Assembly: GCA_002269645.1 (NCBI GenBank)
Contig: NIVC01002158.1
Location: forward strand, 134,101-198,100
Length of the DNA: 64,000 nucleotides
Direction of reading: 5' to 3'
Source: Macrostomum lignano
Taxonomy: Eukaryota
Positions 39,785 to 51,300 of this stretch are shown in pieces (the stretch's first letter is position 1; every line of letters begins with the position of its first letter). The position numbers and the translations under genes are program-made. The notes under the pieces were generated by a model. It was not told where the DNA came from and did no database searches. It saw only the letters and a program-made list of their open reading frames with translations.

Positions 39785-39943
39785 CCACGGACAGCTCCCA
39801 GTCAGCTTAATTTGCAAATAGCTGTCTGAGGCGTTCCCTAGCTGTGGCAGATGAAGCTGAGGAAGCTGGGCTGACTTTTTCTATGCTGCTCTGCGTCTCA
39901 CTGACCCCAGTGCGCCCTGCAGTACGCTGAGACAGCCACATGC
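39785..39943 (+). ncRNA. H/ACA snoRNA-like copy 3
   Basis: Same fold; CCACGG/CUGUGG keeps pairing through a G-U wobble. Confidence 0.72.
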
Positions 39944-40179
39944 ACTCTAGTGTCTTCATATCAGTGTCCTAAAATCAAAAGTAATAAATATCATATCGTT
40001 ATGTTTAAGTAGGTTAAGCAAGCCTAATCGCGGTTAGTACGTAGTCAAATAGGGCCTTTTAATTTATGTGGCACCAACGATGGAATCGGTAGGCTTGCTG
40101 TAATTTTTTTATTCTACCGATATGTATAAAAAAATTAACCTAAAAGAATTACGGCTCTGTTTTTTAAATGATAATTTAA

Positions 40180-40341
40180 CCACAAACAGCTCCCAGTCAG
40201 CCTGCATTGTTAAATTGGCTCTCTGAGGCGTTCCCTAGCTGTGGCAGATGAAGCTTTAAGATGCTTGGCTGACTTTTTCTATGCTGCTCTGCGTATCACT
40301 GACCCCAGTGCGCCCTGCAGTACGCTGAGACAGCCACATGC
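40180..40341 (+). ncRNA. H/ACA snoRNA-like copy 4
   Basis: Same fold, boxes and pocket strands. Confidence 0.7.
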
Positions 40342-40526
40342 ACTTCTGTTTCTCACTACCAGTGCCCTAGAATCAAAGTAGTAATATCATATCGTTATTG
40401 TTTAAGTAGGTTAAGCAAGCTTAATCACGGTTAGTACGCAGTCAATTAGGGGCTTTTATTTTGTGTGGCACCAATGCTGTAATCAATAGCTTTCCTATGG
40501 TCTTTGTTTTTGCAAATCTCTTTTGT

Positions 40527-40690
40527 CCACAAACAGCTCCTAGTCAGCTTGTTAAATTCTCAAATAGCTGTCTGAGGCGTTCCCTAGCTGTGGCAGATGA
40601 AGCTGAGGATGCTGGGGCTGACTTTTTCTATGCTGCACTGCGTATCACTGACCCCAGTGCGCTCTGTAGTACGCTGAGACAGTCACATTC
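40527..40690 (+). ncRNA. H/ACA snoRNA-like copy 5
   Basis: Same fold; substitutions cctag, gtagta and cagtc all retain G-U pairs. Confidence 0.72.
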
Positions 40691-40800
40691 AAATAAGACT
40701 ACTTTTATATTCTCAGTAGTATAAGTAGAGAATTAGTTTTTTTAAGCCGATATGTATCGAAAGTATATTTAACGAAGGGTATTTTACTACTAATATATTT

Positions 40801-41421
40801 ATGCTATCCAGCGCCATGACTAAAGGCAGCAGCTCGGGTTCGCTTGCGGGAGGCGATGCTCAAAAGCAGAAGCAGCAACAGCAGCAGCCGGCCTGGCCCA
40901 TCGAGCAGGAGATGAACTTGTTCGTGGCACTCCGCGGCCACAAACCCGTAGGTGTTGACCGGCACTTCCAGATGCTGTACATCACCGAGAAGTTGAACGC
41001 TGCGCAGCGGGACCGCGGCCTCCCGCCGGTGTCCATCCGGTCCGTGTGGACCCTCCTGGACAGCCTGTACTCCATGCCGGCCCTGCACGACTCCGAGGTG
41101 CTGCCCTTCCCTAACAAGGACGTTGAATTTTCTCTGCCAATTGATTCGCCGGATTGGAAACCCGTGCTAGCCATGGACTTTCCAAGGGTGTTCGGCTTGT
41201 CCGCTGCCGGCTCCGCCCGCTCCGCGTCGCCTGCGGGCGCCCTCGCCGAGCCGTCGATTCAGCCGAGGAAGCGCGGCCGACCTCCCCGTGGCACTGCGTC
41301 GCCGCAGGCGGCCCCCTCTAGTCGAAGCCACTCACCGGCGCCCAGCAGCGACGCTGGCGACTCAGTGGCCGGTGGCAGCGCCGGCGGCAGCAGCCTGGCG
41401 TCTAAGAAAGCCAGGAGATGA
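40801..41421 (+). CDS. MRGBP: MRG-binding protein (NuA4/TIP60 subunit, Eaf7 family) with AT-hook-like RKRGRPPR; true start probably ATG 40816
   Basis: WPIEQEMNLFVALRGHKPVGVDRHFQM...VWTLLDSLYSMPALHDSEVLPFPN..EFSLP matches the recalled MRGBP/Eaf7 domain. ctatccAG|cgccATG looks like an acceptor followed by a good start context. Confidence 0.92.
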   Translation: MLSSAMTKGSSSGSLAGGDAQKQKQQQQQPAWPIEQEMNLFVALRGHKPVGVDRHFQMLYITEKLNAAQRDRGLPPVSIRSVWTLLDSLYSMPALHDSEVLPFPNKDVEFSLPIDSPDWKPVLAMDFPRVFGLSAAGSARSASPAGALAEPSIQPRKRGRPPRGTASPQAAPSSRSHSPAPSSDAGDSVAGGSAGGSSLASKKARR

Positions 41422-41637
41422 GCTGCCTGATTGTGTCAGCTGTGCATTTCCAGCTTAAATGCATTCTGTCCAGTTTACTGTTGCTGTGTGCACAGTTTAA
41501 CATTCTTATATTGCTCTGTACTGAGCGTTTTATCAGTTATAATTACTGTATAGTTACTATCAACTGCAATTAAAGTAAATAAACGGGTTTCTATTTTTAT
41601 AGGCAATTCTTTGCTTGTTGATTGATCGATTTGAACA

Positions 41638-42420
41638 AGTCAGCAAGATAGCAATTCCCCCTTCACATCAGCAAGATAGTAATTCCCCCTTCACGTCAGC
41701 AAGGTAGCAATTCCCCCAAATCAGCAAGATAGCAATTCCCCCTTCACATCAGCAAGATAGTAATTCCCCCTTCACGTCAGCAAGGTAGCAATTCCCCCAG
41801 ATCAGCAAGATAGCAATTCACCCTTCACGTCAGCAAGATAGCAATTCCCTCTTCACGTCAGCAAGGTAGCAATTCCCCCAGATCAGCAAGATAGCAATTC
41901 ACCCTTCACATCAGCAAGATAGTAATTCCCCCTTCACGTCAGCAAGGTAGCAATTCCCCCAGATCAGCAAGATAGCAATTCACCCTTCACATCAGCAAGA
42001 TAGTAATTCCCCCTTCACGTCAGCAAGGTAGCAATTCCCCCAGATCAGCAAGATAGCAATTCACCCTTCACGTCAGCAAGATAGCAATTCCCCTTCACAT
42101 CAGCACGATAGCAATTCACCCTTCACGTCAGCAAGATAGCAATTCCCTCTTCACATCAGCACGATAGCAATTCACCCTTCACGTCAGCAAGATAGCAATT
42201 CCCTCTTCACATCAGCAAGATAGCAATTCCCCCTTCACATCAGCACGATAGCAATTCCCCCTTCACATCAGCAAGATAGCAATTCCCCCTTCACATCAGC
42301 AAGATGGCAATTCCCCCTTCACATCAGCACGATAGCAATTCCCCCAGATCAGCACGATAGCAATTCCCCCTTCACATCAGCAAGATAGCAATTCCCCCTT
42401 CACATCAGCACGATAGCAAT
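41638..42420. repeat. About 20-26-bp minisatellite with higher-order pattern (tcagcaagatagcaattcccccttcaca)
   Basis: Tandem periodicity. Confidence 0.93.
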
Positions 42421-42634
42421 TCCATTCAGTCTTGATCAGCGAACTTACCGCAACAATTTAAGTGACATTTTGTTAATCACTCCAGTGCATTCTGGTCACA
42501 TGCCTGCATCTGGCAGGTGTATTGTTGCAATAGTAAATAAAAAATCGCTAACATTAGCCTCGAGTGGCAGCTGAATTATAATTGTTCTGCTATCGCCGCT
42601 TCAAGGTACGCATAGTGAAACAGTGTTTAGAAAT

Positions 42635-45255
42635 GACTCCATAAACACATTTGATTAGAGCCCTGAAATAAACACTTTTAGTTAAAGTCCCATAAACACA
42701 CTTGATAAAAGCCCCATAAACACACTTAAGTAAAGCCCCATGCACACATTTGATTAAAGCCACAAACACACTTGAGTAAAGCCACATAAACACACTTGAT
42801 TAAAGCCCCATGCACACATTTGATTAAAGCCACATAAACACACTTGAGTAAAGCCCCATGCACACATTTGATTAAAGCCACAAACACACTTGAGTAAAGC
42901 CACATAAACACACTTGAGTAAAGCCCCATGCACACATTTGATTAAAGCCACAAACACACTTGAGTAAAGCCACATAAACACACTTGATTAAAGCCCCATG
43001 CACACATTTGATTAAAGCCACAAACACACTTGATTAAAGCCACATAAACACACTTGAGTAAAGCCCCATGCACACATTTGATTAAAGCCACAAACACACT
43101 TGAGTAAAGCCACATGCACACACTTGAGTAAAGCCCCATGCACACATTTGATTAAGGCCACATAAACACACTTGAGTAAAGCCCCATGCACACATTTGAT
43201 TAAAGCCACAAACACACTTGAGTAAAGCCCCATGCACACATTTGATTAAAGCCACATAAACACACTTGAGTAAAGCCCCATGCACACATTTGATTAAAGC
43301 CACATAAACACACTTGAGTAAAGCCCATGCACACATTTGATTAAAGCCACATAAACACACTTGAGTAAAGCCCCATGCACACATTTGATTAAAGCCACAT
43401 AAACACACTTGAGTAAAGCCCCATGCACACATTTGATTAAAGCCACATAAACACACTTGAGTAAAGCCCCATGCACACATTTGATTAAAGCCACATAAAC
43501 ACACTTGAGTAAAGCCCCATGCACACATTTGATTAAAGCCACATAAACACACTTGAGTAAAGCCCCATGCACACATTTGATTAAAGCCACATAAACACAC
43601 TTGATTAAAGCCCCATGCACACATTTGATTAAAGCCACATAAACACACTTGAGTAAAGCCCCATGCACACATTTGATTAAAGCCACATAAACACACTTGA
43701 GTAAAGCCCCATGCACACATTTGATTAAAGCCACATAAACACACTTGAGTAAAGCCCCATGCACACATTTGATTAAAGCCACATAAACACACTTGAGTAA
43801 AGCCCCATGCACACATTTGATTAAAGCCACATAAACACACTTGAGTAAAGCCCCATGCACACATTTGATTAAAGCCACATAAACACACTTGAGTAAAGCC
43901 CCATGCACACATTTGATTAAAGCCACATAAACACACTTGAGTAAAGCCCCATGCACACATTTGATTAAAGCCACATAAACACACTTGAGTAAAGCCCCAT
44001 GCACACATTTGATTAAAGCCACATAAACACACTTGAGTAAAGCCCCATGCACACATTTGATTAAAGCCACATAAACACACTTGATTAAAGCCCCATGCAC
44101 ACATTTGATTAAAGCCACATAAACACATTTGATTAAAGCCACATAAACACACTTGAGTAAAGCCACATAAACACACTTGAGTAAAGCCCCATGCACACAT
44201 TTGATTAAAGCCACATAAACACACTTGAGTAAAGCCCCATGCACACATTTGATTAAAGCCACATAAACACACTTGAGTAAAGCCCCATGCACACATTTGA
44301 TTAAAGCCACATAAACACACTTGAGTAAAGCCCCATGCACACATTTGATTAAAGCCACATAAACACACTTGAGTAAAGCCCCATGCACACATTTGATTAA
44401 AGCCACATAAACACACTTGAGTAAAGCCCCATGCACACATTTGATTAAAGCCACATAAACACACTTGAGTAAAGCCCCATGCACACATTTGATTAAAGCC
44501 ACATAAACACACTTGAGTAAAGCCCCATGCACACATTTGATTAAAGCCACATAAACACACTTGAGTAAAGCCCCATGCACACATTTGATTAAAGCCACAT
44601 AAACACACTTGAGTAAAGCCCCATGCACACATTTGATTAAAGCCACATAAACACACTTGAGTAAAGCCCCATGCACACATTTGATTAAAGCCACATAAAC
44701 ACACTTGAGTAAAGCCCCATGCACACATTTGATTAAAGCCACATAAACACACTTGAGTAAAGCCCCATGCACACATTTGATTAAAGCCACATAAACACAC
44801 TTGAGTAAAGCCCCATGCACACATTTGATTAAAGCCACATAAACACACTTGAGTAAAGCCCCATGCACACATTTGATTAAAGCCACATAAACACACTTGA
44901 GTAAAGCCACATAAACACACTTGATTAAAGCCCCATGCACACATTTGATTAAAGCCACATAAACACACTTGAGTAAAGCCCCATGCACACATTTGATTAA
45001 AGCCACATAAACACACTTGAGTAAAGCCACATAAACACACTTGATTAAAGCCCCATGCACACATTTGATTAAAGCCACATAAACACACTTGAGTAAAGCC
45101 CCATAAACACATTTGATTATACCCCCATAAACACATTTGATTATACCCCCATAAACACATTTAATTATCCCCCATAAACACATTTAATTATACCCCCATG
45201 AACACATTTAATTATACCCCCATAAACACATTTGATTATACCTCCATAAACACAT
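42635..45255. repeat. 2.6-kb satellite, 46-bp dimeric unit (aaagccccatgcacacatttgatt + aaagccacataaacacacttgagt)
   Basis: Homogeneous core with degenerate ends. The long Cys-rich ORFs on the minus strand are by-products. Confidence 0.97.
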
Positions 45256-45391
45256 TTGATTCTCAAATTCCATCAAGAAAGTCGAACTCGTTACTTTTTG
45301 CTTTAATAAAAAATGCATCGTATTTCCGTGACGCACTACTTGCAGTAGGTCTGTATGTGAATTGCAATTTCGCTTCCCGCAGCCAGCCAGC

Positions 45392-48300
45392 ATGTCTGCC
45401 CGCACCCGCCTGCCGCCGCACCTGGTGCCAGCCAGACAGAAAACTACCAGACAGCCGCAGTTTATTCGACAGCAACAACTGGCCTCGCTTGAGTCTATGC
45501 TCAATAGAACTGCGCTCTCTGTTCAGCGGGCCACGCATCAAAACATTCTGGGTGAGCCAGCAGCTGGAAACCCATGTACTTGTTAGTAGCAGTTGCCCCT
45601 GGTTACAGAATTAGGAACAGTTGCAGTACAGCATGATGAGCCACATTTTGCCCCTGGCCGGCACCGCGGCAGCAGCAGCTCCGCCCAGTGGCCGAGCGAG
45701 GCTTTCCTTCTGTGGCAGACGGTTGGTGGCCCTGTGCGGCATTTTTGCCTCAGAGACTCGCTGCCTGCGTGTCTGCGGCTGTCCGCTGCAGGGCTCACAG
45801 AGTCTCAGATAACTAGTGTTTTAAATGCGATTCAAATCCACAGACAGCTCCCAGTCAGCTTGGATTGTTAAATTGGCTGTCTGAGGCGTTCCCTAGCTGT
45901 GGCAGATGAAGCTTTAGGATGCTGGGGCTGACTTTTTCTATGCTGCTCTGCGTATCACTGACCCCAGTGCGCTCTGTAGTACGCTGAGACAGCCACATGC
46001 ACTCTTGTTTCTCACTATAGTACCAGGGCCCTAGAAATTGATAGAAATAATAGAAATAATATCATATCCTTGTTTATGTAGGTTAAGCAAACCTAATCGC
46101 GGTTAGTAGGCCAGTCAAATAAGAACTTGTATTTTGTGTCACACCAGCGCTGGAATTGCTAGAAAAAAAATTATTTTTATTCATTTATTCTGCCGATATG
46201 TATCGAAAATGTAACTAAAATTAATTACAGCTCTTTGTTTTTGCAATCGTGAATTATTTGTCCACAGACAGCTCCTAGTCAGCTTGGAAAATTCTCAAAT
46301 AGCTGTCTGAGGCGTTCCCTAGCTGTGGCAGATGAAGCTGAAGAAGCTGGGCTGACTTTTTCTATGCTGCACTGCGTATCACTGACTCCAGTGCGCCCTG
46401 CAGTACGCTGAGACAGTCACATGCACTTTTGGATCAGTTTTCTGTGCATTCTTTTAAGCAATGGTCGACTTTGAAATCCGGTTTATTTAGTTAAGACCAG
46501 ACTAACGATATGTATCGAAATTATGCGTTATTCTAGAAGCAATGTTTAGTCAAGAGTAGTTTAAAGTCTATTTAAAATCCCAAGTCAATGCAGCTGAATC
46601 GCTCATCATCCTCATCCTCGCCTGCTCAGAGCTGGGCGATCGCTACGTGTCAGCCGATGACCGCCTGCCAGCAGTGGCGGAGCCAGTCGCCGGCTCCCGT
46701 GTAGACATTGACAGCCTGTTGCAGCAGGCCCAGGCCAAATTCGACCGGGACTTGCGCAACGCTCGCGAATCTCTGCGCAAAGAATTGGAGGCTGAACGGG
46801 AACGAGCCCTGGCTGAGCAGAAGGCCGAGTTTGAGAAGCACCTGGATCAGGTGAGCCGACTTAGTGAGATATTTTCCTAGTGTGGTTATAGTAGAAAAAT
46901 ATGGTGTGTGTAATGAAATTTTTGACGGGTACCTTATTACTTGTTTTGCGATTGAAAACTGGGGTATGTAAGCAATATTTTCTATTACTACTACTGAAAA
47001 GTCAGTGTGGCCTTCGGGTCCTTTGAAACTTTACAATAGCCTCTCTCTTCCCTCTTATCTCTTCTCGAATCCCATCTCTCGCCTCTCCTCTATTTTCATC
47101 TGGCTCTTGATGTGAAGATGTTTGCCTGACCCCTGCATTAAGGAACATACTGCAGGCATACCAATCCACAGACAGCTCCTAGTCAGCTTCTCAAATAGCT
47201 GTTCTGAGGCGTTCCCTAGCTGTGGCAGATGAAGCTTAAGGATGCTGGGCTGACTTTTTCTATGCTGCTCTGCGTATCACTGACCCCAGTGCGCTCTGCA
47301 GTACGCTGAGACAGCCACATGTACTCTTGTTTCTCACTACCAGTGCCCTAGAATCAAAGTAGTAATATCATATCGTTATTGTTTAAGTAGGTTAAGCAAG
47401 CTTAATCGCGGTTAGTACGCAGTCAATTAGGGGCTTTTATTTTGTGTGGCACCAATGCTGTAATCAATAGCTTTCCTAGGGTCTTTGTTTTTGCAAATAT
47501 TTTTGTCCACAGACAGCTCCTAGTCAGCTTGTTAAATTCTCAAATAGCTGTCTGAGGCGTTCCCTAGCTGTGGTAGATGAAGCTTTAGGATGCTGGGCTG
47601 ACTTTTTCTATGCTGCTCTGCGTATCACTGACCCCAGTGCGCCCTGCAGTACGCTGAGACAGCCACATGTAATAATATATAAATATATATATAATTGTAA
47701 TTTTCATACAAGTTAAGCAGCGCTGGGCGCGGTTAGTACTCAGATAAATAGCTATATTTATTAAATCTGTTAGTTAAATTATCAGATTCTGGAAGCAGCT
47801 CAGCGTTAAAAGTGTCTTCTGTCTTTCGCACAAACGATCCCCTAGTTCGATTCCATTCGTTTGGAGCTTGTGAATGTGCATTGCAACTGATTCAAATCAT
47901 ACTTGTCATCTTTTTGTACATGCCTGACGATCAGAGAGTCAAAGTGCCGCTGTACACCCTCTGTGAGCGTGTGTGTCGGTGCTGCCTTCGCACAGTATTG
48001 GCGTGCTTCTATTTGCTGTACTGTACATAGGGTTGTAGCCTAGTGGTTTGAGCGTCGGACTTACGACTTAAAGGTCGGGGGTTCGTTTCCCAATCCCACT
48101 AGGAACTGTTTGTGTCATTGAGCAAGACACTTAACTCTCTGCATTGTTTCACTTCACCCACCCAGCTGTAAAATGGGTGCCAGCATTAGCTGGGATAATT
48201 GAGGGTGTCTGTGGCGACACCCCCCTCAGTCCTATCCATGTACCTATGTACCTGTACCCAATGAACCGGAGAAGGTGCAATTTCTATTTCCCACTCCTGT

Positions 48301-51300
48301 CCCCAGGTGTGCTCCCTGCGCGATAAAGCCGAGGACATGGCCAAGCGGGATCTTCGGCGCGCCTGCGAGCTAGACAAACAGGCCGCCCTGAGACAGCAGC
48401 GCGAGTACCTGGACACTGTGCGGCTGGATGCCATTGAGCGGGCCAGGATGGAGGAGCGGCATCTGGCCAGACAGAACTCCGCTGCGGATCGGGCGGAGGC
48501 TGTGCAGAAGGCGCTCGATGAAGCTGAGGTGAGCGGCTGCTGGTGTGTGTCACTGTGTCCATCCTGGTACGGTATCCCTGTGTCCGTCTGTGGCATCTTT
48601 GTGTCCATCGGTGACATCCCTGTGTCCGTCCGTGACATCTCTGTGTCCATCTGTGGCATCCCTGTGTCCATTCTGGCATCCCTGTGTCCATTCTGGCATC
48701 CCTGTGTCCATTCTGGCATCCCTGTGTCCATTCTGACATCCCTGTGTCCATCTGTGGCATCCCTGTGTCCATTCTGGCATCCCTGTGTCCATTCTGGCAT
48801 CCCTGTGTCCATTCTGACATCCCTGTGTCCGTCCGTGACATCTCTGTGTCCATCTGTGGCATTCCTGTGTCCATCGGTGACATCCCTGTGTCCGTCCGTG
48901 ACATCTCTGTGTCCATCTGTGGCATTCCTGTGTCCATCGGTGACATCCATGTGTCCATCGATGACATCTGTGTCCACCCTGACATCCTTGTGTCCACCTG
49001 TGGCATCCCTTTGTCCACCTTAACATTTTAATATCTATCGTGGCCCATAGGTTTTGGTTGTGACTGATGATTTCTTTTTTAATATTCTGTTAGTCAGTCC
49101 ACAAACAGCTCCCAGTCAGCTTGCATTGTTAAATTGGCTGTCTGAGGCGTTCCCTAACTGTGGCAGATGAAGCTGTGGATGCTGGGCTGACTTTTTCTAT
49201 GCTGCTCTGCGTATCACAGACCCCAGTGCGCCCTGCAGTACGCTGAGACAGCCACATTACAGTGCAATTATTGAATATCTTGCATAAATTATCGCTATGT
49301 GTTAAAGCAGATTAAGCTAACTGGTCGTGGTTAGTACGCTAGCTATTTAAAGAGCCTTGTAGTGGAGCAGTGTTATTCACGTTACACCTAATAGCACACG
49401 TTTTAGTGCTATGACAACATGATCAATAACCTTATTTACTCTGCCGATATGTATCGAAAATCCAGTAAAAAGCTTTTCTCGATTTAAAAATTTACCCAGT
49501 CCACAGACAGCTCTCTGTCAGCTTCAACCCTCAATTCTCTGATAGCTTTCTGAGGTGTTCTCTATGTGTGGCAGATAAAGCAAGAGAAGCAACGCCCCAC
49601 TATGCTGCTCTGCGTTCTCCCCTCCCTCCTGTTCATTGCGCAATCTGCCATTACGGGAAGACATGTACAGTAAAATTTAATTGTTTTTTGCACTTGCTTT
49701 AACCCTCAGTTAGCTGGTGTATTGGGATCAGAAATAAAAACAGCTTCTGTTGAAAATTCATTACCATCTGTGTCCCTAGCATCTCCCTGTCTCCCCAGCA
49801 TCTCCCTGCCTCCCCAGCATCTCCCTGCCTCTCCATCATCTCCTTGCCTCCCCAGCATCTCCCTGTCTACACAGCATCTCCCTGTCTACCCAGCATCTCC
49901 CTGTCTACCCAGCATCTCACTGCCTCCCCAGCATCTCCCTGTCTACCCAGCATCTCCCTGCCTCCTCATTATCTCCCTGTCTCCCTAGCATCTCCCTGCC
50001 TCCCCATCATCTCACAGCTTCACCATCCACGCCACCCAGGTGGCCTTCGAGCGTCGCGAGCAGCACACGGTGGACAAGACCAAGAAGGAGTGTCGACAGC
50101 TGTTCAACGAAGAGCTGACAGCCATCAGGAAGCGGCATCGTGAAGAAGTTGAGTCCTGGATGATAAAGTGAGAAGCTGGAGTTTTTCTGTTTATCGATAT
50201 GAGTATATTGTGATATGATGTAATGGGCCACATTTTGCCCCTGGCCGGCACCGCGGCAGCAGCAGCTCCGCCCAGTGGCCGAGCGAGGCTTTCCTTCTGT
50301 GGCAGACGGTTGGTGGCCCTGTGCGGCATTTTTGCCTCAGAGACTCGCTGCCTGCGTGTCTGCGGCTGTCCGCTGCGGGGCTCACAGAGTCTCAGATACT
50401 ACTGAGCTGCAGTAGTGTGAGTAGCTAGTGGGGCTGGGGCTCAGATCGCTCACAGTCTCAGATACTACTGAGCTGCAGTAGTGTGAGTAGCTAGTGGGGC
50501 TGGGGCTAGGGCTCAAATCGCTCACAGTCTCAGATACTACTGAGCTGCAGTAGTGTGAGTAGCTAGTGGGGCTGGGGCTCAGATCGCTCACAGTCTCAGA
50601 TACTACTGAGCTGCAGTAGTGTGAGTAGCTAGTGGGGCTGGGGCTCAGATCGCTCACAGAGTCTCAGATACTACTGAGCTGCAGTAGTGTGAGTAGCTAG
50701 TGGGGCTGGGGCTCAGATCGCTCACAGAGTCTCAGATACTACTGAGCTGCAGTAGTGTGAGTAGCTAGTGGGGCTGGGGCTCAGATCGCTCACAGTCTCA
50801 GATACTACTGAGCTGCAGTAGTGTGAGTAGCTAGTGTATTGAATGAGATTCCATGCAGTCCACAGACAGCTCCCAGTCAGCCTGCATTGTTAAATTGGCT
50901 GTCTGAGGCGTTCCCTAGCTGTGGCAGATGAAGCTGAGGATGCTGGGCTGACTTTTTCTATGCTGCTCTGCGTATCACTGACCCCAGTGCGCCCTGCAGT
51001 ACGCTGAGACAGCCACATGCACTCTTGTGTGCCAATCTTTCTCTAACCGTTCAGTTTTCAACTTATGATATAAATCGGCCTTCAAAACGCGCCCCGCCCG
51101 CAGGTACAAAGACCTGTACAAAAACTTTGAGCGCCTGTTGGACTCGAGCCGCAACGTGGAGGGCGAATTCCAGAGCCTGCAGACGGACTACAAGCGGTTC
51201 CTGGACTACTCTGACGGCCACTTTCACTCTGACTACATGATGAAGCTCAAGCAGGCCTGTCTGGATGCTGCATCGGACATTGGCCGGTCGCTGGCTCCGT

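Noticed and set aside
43082-45183. 692-aa and 629-aa Cys-rich ORFs
   Set aside because: Translations of the 46-bp satellite with no unique coding context.
47710-47745. Functional 5S rRNA gene
   Set aside because: Only about 35 nt match. The 5' half, box C and 3' end are missing.
48030-48105. tRNA gene
   Set aside because: The anticodon and acceptor stems do not pair properly, and it runs into a SINE core.
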